Origin: Candidatus Nanoarchaeia archaeon
Lineage (GTDB): Archaea > Nanobdellota > Nanobdellia > Woesearchaeales > JANQNC01
Length of the DNA stretch: 32,000 bases
Direction of reading: 5' to 3'
Assembly (NCBI GenBank): GCA_028279745.1
Contig: JANQNC010000001.1
Location: 330,001 to 362,000, forward strand
Shown here: one piece after another, positions 24,111 to 30,830 of the stretch
Numbering within the stretch: position 1 is the first letter of the stretch
Layout of the letters: each line of letters starts with the position of its first letter
Made by a program: the position numbers and the translations under genes
The notes under the pieces: model-generated
Told to the model about the DNA's origin: nothing
Database searches by the model: none
Seen by the model: the letters and a program-made list of their open reading frames with translations, nothing else

Positions 24111-24169
24111 GCTTAAAAAACCTCGCGTTTTTTTGCACGCCAAAAATCCTTTGGATTTTTGTGCGTTTT

Positions 24170-24457
24170 TTATTTCCTTGTTATCTTAAACTCTTTTTTC
24201 GGTGCAGACATCTGCTGCAACACTTCTTTTAATTTATGATCGTCAACCATTCCCACTTTGTTAGCTTGGATCAACTGCCCAAGATAAACCATGAGTTGGA
24301 TTGCCAGTTCGGGATTGGCAGCCTTAATGTTGCCAAACCTTGACAAAGCCTCATTTGTTAGTCTTTGCCTTACCACAAGTTCAAGTTGCTGAACTTGTTG
24401 CTGCAGCTTCATTTGCTCTTGCAATTTCTGCTGCTTTATCTTTTCAACATCATTCAC
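24170..24457 (-). CDS. PDCD5/TFAR19-like DNA-binding protein (MTH1615 family)
   Basis: ...LTNEALSRFGNIKAANPELAIQLMVYLGQLIQANKVGMVDDHKLKEVLQQM...KEFKITRK. The ORF-track start (24508) is a TTG deep inside rps19e. The GTG at 24457 has a GAGGT SD 8 nt upstream; the ATG at 24412 is an alternative. Confidence 0.7.
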   Translation of the reverse strand: MNDVEKIKQQKLQEQMKLQQQVQQLELVVRQRLTNEALSRFGNIKAANPELAIQLMVYLGQLIQANKVGMVDDHKLKEVLQQMSAPKKEFKITRK

Positions 24458-24968
24458 TTTTAGGGACCTCAGCAGGTTTTTCTTCTTTTGGTTTCGCTTT
24501 AGGCTCAACCTTCGGTTCTGCTTTTGGCACCTCTTTCTTAGTCTCTTTGATAAGTTTGATAGCTTGTTTGTCTAAAATTGACATTCCTTTTGGAGTTACT
24601 ATTCTTCCTTTGTGAACTCCTTTAGCGACTTGCTTAACCAGCTGAGCTTTCTCAAGCTGTTGAAGCACAACTCTTATGATTTTTCCGCTAGCTCTTCTGA
24701 ATCTTTCTGGTCTAGCACCTCTGTTTTTTCTACCGCCAAACTTAACTCTTAGTTTGGATGTTCCAACAGGACCTAAATTAGCCACTTTTCTTAGAACTGC
24801 GGCACTTCTTACGTACCACCAGTCAGGGTTATCAGGACTTCGTTCTACATGACTTCCAGTCTTAACGAATGCACTCCAATCAGGAGCACTGATTCCTTCA
24901 ACGTTCTTTAGCTCTACAGCAACGTTTTCTATTAGTTTGTTAGTATCACAGTCGTGAAAATTTACCAT
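24450..24968 (-). CDS. rps19e: Ribosomal protein eS19 (S19e) with Lys/Pro/Glu-rich C-terminal tail
   Basis: 172 aa. ...PDWSAFVKTGSHVERSPDNPDWWYVRSAAVLRK...GGRKNRGARPERF.... SD GAGGTAA upstream. Confidence 0.9.
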   Translation of the reverse strand: MVNFHDCDTNKLIENVAVELKNVEGISAPDWSAFVKTGSHVERSPDNPDWWYVRSAAVLRKVANLGPVGTSKLRVKFGGRKNRGARPERFRRASGKIIRVVLQQLEKAQLVKQVAKGVHKGRIVTPKGMSILDKQAIKLIKETKKEVPKAEPKVEPKAKPKEEKPAEVPKSE

Positions 24969-25048
24969 TTTTTACCTCAGTTTGTCGTACCTTGCGGCAC
25001 TAGATCCGCTGATCTTATTCAGCAGTGTCTTTGAGGATTAGGAAGTTA

Positions 25049-25057
25049 TTTATAAAA
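25049..25057 (+). promoter_or_regulatory. TATA box of the helicase gene (leaderless)
   Basis: TTTATAAAA begins 29 nt upstream of the ATG at 25078. No SD lies between them. Confidence 0.45.
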
Positions 25058-25077
25058 GTTTGCATTATCAAATATAT

Positions 25078-28000
25078 ATGCCTCAAATCACCCAAAAAAC
25101 AAAACCAGATACAGAAAAAAGCGTTGAAGCCATTCTGAATCCAACAGTAAAGCAGTGGTTCTACTCAAGATTCAAGAAGTTTTCACTGCCTCAGCTATAC
25201 GGGGTTAGTGAGATTCATTCACGTAATAATATACTTGTTAGTGCACCAACTGGAGCAACCAAAACATTAACTGGATTTTTGTCGGTGTTGAATGAACTAG
25301 TGGATTCAGCAGAAAAAGGAATTTTAGAGGATAGAATATATTGTGTATACATCTCCCCATTGAAAGCGTTAAACTACGATATTGAAGTTAACTTAAACAG
25401 ACCTCTTAAAGAAATAGAAGAAATTGCGGGCAAAGAACTAGGAATTAGAGTAGGGGTAAGAACTGGAGACACAACAGCATCAGAAAAAGCGAAGATGTTA
25501 AGAAAACCTCCACACATATTGATAACAACACCTGAAAGTCTGGCTATAATGTTGGCCTCAACTAAATTTAGAGAGAATCTAAAGAATGTTGACTGGTGCA
25601 TAATAGATGAGATACATGCATTAGCAGAAAGCAAAAGAGGAGTTCATCTTTCTTTAAGTCTAGAAAACTTAAGTCATATTGCCAAACATGTGACAAGAGT
25701 TGGGTTGAGTGCCACTGTTGCACCTCTAGATGAAGTGGCCAAATTCTTGGTAGGCAGTAGAGATTGTAAAATAGTAGATGTGCAGTTCATAAAAGAACTA
25801 GATCTACAAGTAACCAGCCCCGTAAAGAATCTTATCGATTCAGAATTTGGGATGATGCACCACAAGATGTATTCAATGATAGACAAGATGGTGCAAGAAC
25901 ACAAAACAACACTTATTTTTACAAATACCCGAGCAGCAACAGAAAGAGTTGTGCATTACTTAAAAGAAAAATTTCCAAAAAAGTACACTGATGAAAATAT
26001 TGGAGCACATCATGGATCATTATCTAAAGAGTTAAGACATAGTGTTGAGCAAAGATTGAGAGATGGAAAGATAAAAGTTGTAGTTTCGTCTACTTCTTTA
26101 GAGCTAGGAATAGATATTGGATTTATTGATTTAGTTTTATTGTTAGGAAGTCCGAAATCAGTTGCAAGAGCTTTACAACGGATTGGTCGATCAGGACACC
26201 AACTGCATGCAACAACAAAAGGAAGGATCATAGTGTTGGATAGAGATGATTTGGTTGAGTGTAGTGTGTTGTTAAAGTCTGCGAAAGAGAAGAAAATAGA
26301 TAGATTGCACATTCCGACAAACTGTTTGGACGTATTAGCACAACAGATAGATGGGTTTGTGATGGATGAAACTTGGGAAACAAAGGATCTTTATGAAGTT
26401 ATCAAGAAAAGTTACTGTTACTCTGACTTAAGATATGAAGATTACGTTGAAATACTTGATTATTTAGCAGGAAAATTCATCTCTTTAGAAAGTCAACACA
26501 TATACGCAAAGATATGGTACAAAGATAACAAGATAGGAAGAAGGAGTAAGTTAGGTAGAGTAATCTATATGACAAATATAGGCACAATACCCGATGAAAC
26601 ATCAGTTACAGTAAAGATAGGAGATCAAAAGATTGGAAACATAGATGAAGGTTTCTTAGAGAAATTACGAAGAGGAGATGTATTTGTTTTAGGCGGTTCG
26701 ACTTATGAGTTCAAATTTGCAAGAGGGATGACAGCACAAGTCAATTCTTCCGTTGACAGACCACCAACAGTGCCATCATGGGTTTCAGAAATGCTGCCAT
26801 TAAGTTTTGATCTTAGTGTTGAGATAGGCAAGTTTAGAAAATATATTGAAGAACGGATGAAGAAGAAAGAAAGTAAAGAGAAGATTATCAAATTCATCAA
26901 CGATTATCTTTATGTTGATGCAAATGCAGCAGAAGCAATCTATAACTATTTCAAAGAACAATATGATTATGTTAAAGAAGTTCCTTCCAACAAAAAAATA
27001 TTGATAGAACATTACGAGGAAGAGGGAAACAAAAGAATAATCTTCCATTCATTGTTTGGTAGAAGAGTAAATGATGTATTATCTAGAGCAGTAGCTTTCG
27101 CAATATCAAAACAACAACACAGAGATGTAGACATAGGAATGAATGACAATGGGTTTTGGATAGGGGGAGAGAAAAAAATAGATGCAGTAAGAGCGATGAA
27201 AGCATTGAAAGCTGAAGAGCTAGAAGCTTTAATGAAACAAGCAATAGATGACTCAGAAGTTCTACGAAGAAGGTTTAGACATTGTGCAACTAGAGCTTTA
27301 ATGATCCTACGCAACTATATGGGCAAGAAAAAAAGAGTGGGAAGACAACAAGTAGGAAGCATGATATTGATAAGTGCTGTTAAAAGGATTAGTGAAGATT
27401 TCACAATATTAAAAGAAGCTAGAAGGGAGGTGTTGGAGGATCTGATGGATATTTCTAATGCGATGTACGTTGTGAAAGAGATAAACGACGGAAGAATCAA
27501 GTTAAAAGAGATCAATACAACAATACCCACACCATTTGCATTTAACTTGGCTTTACAAGGATTTATGGACATCTTAAAGGTTGAAGATAAAACCGCATTC
27601 TTGAAAAGAATGCACCAGATGCTAATAGCGAAGATTGCACTTTCTAAAGATGTAGATCATGAAACTAAGAAAATGTTTAGAGAGTATCAGAAGAAAGTAG
27701 AGAAACAATCAGAGGATTTAGTAGTTAAGTATAGAAATGAGATCGAGTTCTTGAATAAGGATAGTAAAAAGTTGACTAAGAAACAAAGAGAGATGATATT
27801 ACAAGTGGACAAAGCAGATAAAAGACTGCCAATCGATGCAAAACTTGAGATCATTAAGATGATAAAAGGTTCAGAAGAAGTTGATGGTGAAGTAATCGAA
27901 AGAATAATTGAGTACAAACAATTTATTTCTAAAAGATGGCCTTCACCATTATCTAAATTCGTGATCAAAAGAGCTGAGCAGTTGAAGTTTAACTATGTGG

Positions 28001-28269
28001 ATCTGTGGGAAGAATACGAAGAGAAAAGAGAAGAGAAAGCAGAACAGGAAATTGAAAAATTATTGAAAGACTTCGAAAAAGCAGCAAGAAAAATTGATCT
28101 GGAACCCAAAGTAAGATATGAACTTGAAGAGTTAATACGAAATAAAGTAGATAAAGCTTCATCTGTCACTCAGAAGTTCTTGGAAGGATTATTTTCTGGC
28201 GCAATACCCAAAGTATGGACTGATAGATTAATAAAAAAATTAAAAGAAATTAAAGAGAAAGTTAGTTAA
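25078..28269 (+). CDS. lhr: Lhr-type superfamily-2 DExH helicase with long K/E-rich C-terminal extension
   Basis: Start trimmed to the ATG at 25078; the track TTG at 25060 lies inside the promoter. Motifs SAPTGATKT (Walker A), DEIH, SAT, and QRIGRSGH (motif VI), followed by a DEAD-associated-type domain. The last roughly 240 aa are coiled-coil-like and K/E-rich. Confidence 0.85.
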   Translation: MPQITQKTKPDTEKSVEAILNPTVKQWFYSRFKKFSLPQLYGVSEIHSRNNILVSAPTGATKTLTGFLSVLNELVDSAEKGILEDRIYCVYISPLKALNYDIEVNLNRPLKEIEEIAGKELGIRVGVRTGDTTASEKAKMLRKPPHILITTPESLAIMLASTKFRENLKNVDWCIIDEIHALAESKRGVHLSLSLENLSHIAKHVTRVGLSATVAPLDEVAKFLVGSRDCKIVDVQFIKELDLQVTSPVKNLIDSEFGMMHHKMYSMIDKMVQEHKTTLIFTNTRAATERVVHYLKEKFPKKYTDENIGAHHGSLSKELRHSVEQRLRDGKIKVVVSSTSLELGIDIGFIDLVLLLGSPKSVARALQRIGRSGHQLHATTKGRIIVLDRDDLVECSVLLKSAKEKKIDRLHIPTNCLDVLAQQIDGFVMDETWETKDLYEVIKKSYCYSDLRYEDYVEILDYLAGKFISLESQHIYAKIWYKDNKIGRRSKLGRVIYMTNIGTIPDETSVTVKIGDQKIGNIDEGFLEKLRRGDVFVLGGSTYEFKFARGMTAQVNSSVDRPPTVPSWVSEMLPLSFDLSVEIGKFRKYIEERMKKKESKEKIIKFINDYLYVDANAAEAIYNYFKEQYDYVKEVPSNKKILIEHYEEEGNKRIIFHSLFGRRVNDVLSRAVAFAISKQQHRDVDIGMNDNGFWIGGEKKIDAVRAMKALKAEELEALMKQAIDDSEVLRRRFRHCATRALMILRNYMGKKKRVGRQQVGSMILISAVKRISEDFTILKEARREVLEDLMDISNAMYVVKEINDGRIKLKEINTTIPTPFAFNLALQGFMDILKVEDKTAFLKRMHQMLIAKIALSKDVDHETKKMFREYQKKVEKQSEDLVVKYRNEIEFLNKDSKKLTKKQREMILQVDKADKRLPIDAKLEIIKMIKGSEEVDGEVIERIIEYKQFISKRWPSPLSKFVIKRAEQLKFNYVDLWEEYEEKREEKAEQEIEKLLKDFEKAARKIDLEPKVRYELEELIRNKVDKASSVTQKFLEGLFSGAIPKVWTDRLIKKLKEIKEKVS

Positions 28270-28826
28270 CGTTTCTTTTTTGGTTTATCATCCCTTAATT
28301 TCTTATATCCAATCCAGATCATCAAACTAAGTTCTAAAAATAAGACAATGACTCTAGTGTACTTTTCCATGTCCCCAAAGTATCTTATCGTGCCGTAAGC
28401 CAAAACTAAAATTCCACCATACATGAAACCTGTAGCAAGGAATGCAACACCATAATAAATACCAAAAATGATTGCCAACACACCAATCGGCGCAGTTATG
28501 AAAAATAAGTTCCGGTTGTACACTTCTGTAGCCACATCATAATCTCTGCCACAATAGTCGCAGTAGTCATACATTCTACATCCATCTTCAGTCTTAAATC
28601 TTGGATTGCCATCTTCAGCATAACACTCTCTTTCTTCAACAGTCTGTTCAAAAGAACAATTTTCATTTTTTAACGGGATAGGTTCAACATCCTTCCTTAG
28701 TTCAGAATAGTTACAATAATCTTCATACTCTGGATGCTCATAGATCGCATCAACCAAAAAGCCAATAAATAACGAAAACAGTAACGCAATGACAATAATC
28801 ATCGGAACTTGTTTAATTTTTACCAT
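28266..28826 (-). CDS. Hypothetical membrane protein with Cys-rich extracytoplasmic loop
   Basis: 186 aa. N-terminal TM, then an acidic roughly 85-aa segment with 6 Cys (including YCDYC), then about 3 TM helices and a basic tail. Confidence 0.5.
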   Translation of the reverse strand: MVKIKQVPMIIVIALLFSLFIGFLVDAIYEHPEYEDYCNYSELRKDVEPIPLKNENCSFEQTVEERECYAEDGNPRFKTEDGCRMYDYCDYCGRDYDVATEVYNRNLFFITAPIGVLAIIFGIYYGVAFLATGFMYGGILVLAYGTIRYFGDMEKYTRVIVLFLELSLMIWIGYKKLRDDKPKKKR

Positions 28827-28864
28827 ATACTAATATTTGGTTGTTAAGTTTATAAACATTTTGT

Positions 28865-29611
28865 TTAGAATTCAACAGCTATTGCTGCAACATCATCATG
28901 AACTTTTCCTTCTTTATTGTTTTCAACTTCATACTTTCTAACTTCTTTAAGAATTCCTTCTAGACCAACTTCATGATAAAGATCTATAAAACCTTTAAAA
29001 TCTTCTTTTATGAAATAAGGTGGAAGAATTAAACCATCTGTCATCAAAATTATTGTCTTTAGGTTTTCTGTGTGAAGAGTTCCAGAATCCGCATATTGTT
29101 CAACATTTTCATCTCCTGTGAGGGCTGCAAGTTCTTTACTTAAACCAACTTGTTTTCTAGCTTCAATAGGATCAGAAGTCTTATCTTGTGATAGTTTATC
29201 AGGAGCAATGATTTGTCTTATTACCTTTATTTCGTTTTCATACTCGGCGATAATCATAGTGTGCCCCATGTTAACATAATCTACTTCATCTTCTCTTATT
29301 TTAATGACTGCTGCGTCTGTGTTCCAAATCTGTTCTCTATTGTTGTAATCGATTCCTGCATTAAGTTGAGCAGTTCTAATCTTAATGTTGGAATTCTTTA
29401 AAGAATCTAAGAGGTTGATGCTGTTTTCATCAAAAGCTTGTTTAGCTAAGCTTGAAACAATTCTTCCACCAGTCTCTCCTTTTTCATTTTCATACTTAAC
29501 GATAGAAGTTGCACCATCAAAAACACCAAATAAATTTTCTTTTACAAGAATTTCATCTTCGTTTAATTTGTTTGAACCTTTTTCATAAACTTGTTTAACT
29601 TTAGTTTTCAT
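28865..29611 (-). CDS. PP2C-like Ser/Thr phosphatase family protein
   Basis: 248 aa. NEDEILVKENLFGVFDGATS, LMTDGL and HDDVAAIAV are collinear with the PP2C/SpoIIE metal-binding motifs. Confidence 0.55.
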   Translation of the reverse strand: MKTKVKQVYEKGSNKLNEDEILVKENLFGVFDGATSIVKYENEKGETGGRIVSSLAKQAFDENSINLLDSLKNSNIKIRTAQLNAGIDYNNREQIWNTDAAVIKIREDEVDYVNMGHTMIIAEYENEIKVIRQIIAPDKLSQDKTSDPIEARKQVGLSKELAALTGDENVEQYADSGTLHTENLKTIILMTDGLILPPYFIKEDFKGFIDLYHEVGLEGILKEVRKYEVENNKEGKVHDDVAAIAVEF

Positions 29612-29681
29612 ATTAGCAAATAAACCACCCCAGTATAAAAATTTTGGTATTGGTAGAGAGAGAACAAATTTTTCCGAAACA

Positions 29682-29689
29682 TTTATATA
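29682..29689 (+). promoter_or_regulatory. TATA-like element of the polyK/polyDE transcription unit
   Basis: TTTATATA in the 200-bp intergenic region. It is the only TATA-like element upstream of 29812 on this side. Confidence 0.35.
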
Positions 29690-29811
29690 TCAAAAATTTC
29701 AAATTTTAAAGATTGTCAGAAAAAGAACGGTGTTTTGATGACTAAAGAAAAAAAATTCTTAAAAAATAAACTTTTGAGGTATTTAGAAAAGTAAAAAAGG
29801 AGGTGAAAACT

Positions 29812-30042
29812 ATGGCGGCAAAGAAAAAAGCAAAAAAGAAAGTAGCTAAGAAAAAGAAAGCAGCTAAAAAGAAAAAAGCAGTGAAGAAAAAAGCAAAGAA
29901 AAAAAAGGCAGTGAAGAAAAAGGCTAAAAAGAAGGCAAAGAAAAAGAAAGCTGTAAAGAAGAAAGCTAAGAAGAAAAAAGCAAAAAAGAAAGCAAAGAAA
30001 AAAAAGGCTAAAAAGAAAAAAGCTAAGAAAAAGAAACGATAA
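29812..30042 (+). CDS. Hyper-basic Lys/Ala repeat protein (76 aa, 53 Lys + 1 Arg), histone-H1-tail-like
   Basis: Perfect SD AGGAGGTGA (29798-29806), 5 nt before the ATG at 29812; the track start at 29803 is a GTG inside the SD. Sequence MAAKKKAKKKVAKKKKAAKKKKAVKKK... contains only K, A, V and R after the Met. AAA and AAG codons are interleaved. Confidence 0.7.
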   Translation: MAAKKKAKKKVAKKKKAAKKKKAVKKKAKKKKAVKKKAKKKAKKKKAVKKKAKKKKAKKKAKKKKAKKKKAKKKKR

Positions 30043-30068
30043 GATAAAATAGGTGAGGGGTGTTTTAG

Positions 30069-30170
30069 ATGTATGAAGACCTAGAAGAAGAGGAAGAAAC
30101 TCTCGATGAAGAGATGGAAGTTGCTGATCTAGACGGCTATGATGATGACGATATGGACCAAGACATTTAA
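30069..30170 (+). CDS. Hyper-acidic peptide (33 aa, 19 Asp/Glu, no basic residue)
   Basis: Not in ORF track. Hand translation: MYEDLEEEEETLDEEMEVADLDGYDDDDMDQDI. SD AGGTGAGGGG (30051-30060), 8 nt before the ATG. Starts 26 nt after the polyK stop and is followed by oligo-T runs. Confidence 0.55.
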   Translation: MYEDLEEEEETLDEEMEVADLDGYDDDDMDQDI

Positions 30171-30171
30171 A

Positions 30172-30190
30172 TTTTTTTTATAATTTTTTT
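30172..30190 (+). terminator. Oligo-T termination signals
   Basis: T8 (30172-30179) and T7 (30184-30190) immediately after the acidic-peptide stop. This matches archaeal oligo-T terminators. Confidence 0.5.
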
Positions 30191-30830
30191 AATTGATAAT
30201 TTTTTCTATGAATTCAAACTGATCTTTAAAGATATGAGCAGAAACAGAGAATACAGTCAAAGCACCAACAGACACATTAAGCTTTTTACTGATGTAATCC
30301 TGCAAAACATGCAACTGGTAAACATTTGCAGGCCAGCCAAAGAAAATATCATTACTTCTGATAAAACCAGTCATGCACAACTTACCGTCGTGAATAATGA
30401 AATCCAACCCAACCAATCCTGGAACTTCTTTGCTTCCCGCAGTGTCTTCATCAGGGTTCCATAAACTAATGTAAGCTCTTCTAGAAGAAGGGCTATTCTT
30501 AAGTAAAGGAATAACATACTCGTTTATCTGATCGATGTTCTTGTTGAAGTTAAACATCCTTGAACCATAACTATAAGCATAATCAAGACTTAATTTTGAG
30601 GAAAGCATTATGTTTGCAATCTCATCTAATTTAGGATAGCTCCAAGTTTGGAATGAGTTCAACAGATCAATCGGCGCAGTCACTTCCTTTTCAGGATTTT
30701 TTATCTCAATCACAAGATTAAGCAGTTGTCTGCAAGTCCTGCCGTTCTGATCAACAAAGTCTGTTCCTTCTTCAAGTATCAGCCTTAATGATTTTTTCCA
30801 AGCATTCAAAGTTAATTCTTCACTGATCAT
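30189..30830 (-). CDS. Thymidylate synthase (ThyA)-fold protein, short archaeal type, with Gly at the canonical nucleophile-Cys position
   Basis: 213 aa. Collinear with E. coli ThyA: SSRRAYISLWNP (SRR...WNP), IRSNDIFFGWPANV (RSxD...G.PfN) and SAHIF (DTHLY). However, ALAPCHAFFQF aligns with KEVPGLVGLDF. Confidence 0.65.
   Translation of the reverse strand: MISEELTLNAWKKSLRLILEEGTDFVDQNGRTCRQLLNLVIEIKNPEKEVTAPIDLLNSFQTWSYPKLDEIANIMLSSKLSLDYAYSYGSRMFNFNKNIDQINEYVIPLLKNSPSSRRAYISLWNPDEDTAGSKEVPGLVGLDFIIHDGKLCMTGFIRSNDIFFGWPANVYQLHVLQDYISKKLNVSVGALTVFSVSAHIFKDQFEFIEKIIN

Noticed and set aside
24458-24508. Longer ORF-track starts using TTG/GTG: 24508 (PDCD5-like), 23964 (rpl31e), 24143 (rpl39e), 25060 (lhr), 29803 (polyK), 2382 (Cys-rich protein), 18208 (AKR, where the extension is an in-frame upstream ATG running through the TATA box)
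   Set aside because: Each extension runs into the upstream gene, the SD or the TATA box. In every case a downstream ATG (a GTG for the PDCD5-like gene) with a proper SD or leaderless spacing gives a product matching family N-termini.
25008-25023. Small inverted repeat GCTGA-tcttat-TCAGC in the rps19e/helicase divergent spacer
   Set aside because: It has only 5-bp arms and no supporting context.
25374-27968. Series of 65-100-aa minus-strand ORFs inside the helicase gene
   Set aside because: All lie antisense within a 1063-aa ORF carrying every SF2 helicase motif, so they are shadows.
29738-29794. 18-codon Lys-rich upstream ORF (MTKEKKFLKNKLLRYLEK) in the polyK leader
   Set aside because: It is too short and its SD (GGTG) too weak to call as a feature. 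A Lys-sensing leader-peptide role is pure speculation, so it is noted only within the finding.
29812-30042. Possibility that the A-rich periodic tract is non-coding low-complexity DNA or a repeat array rather than a gene
   Set aside because: A perfect SD with an ATG at ideal spacing, an unbroken 77-codon frame, an exclusive K/A/V/R vocabulary and AAA/AAG interleaving all argue for coding. It has none of the spacer/repeat structure of a CRISPR array.
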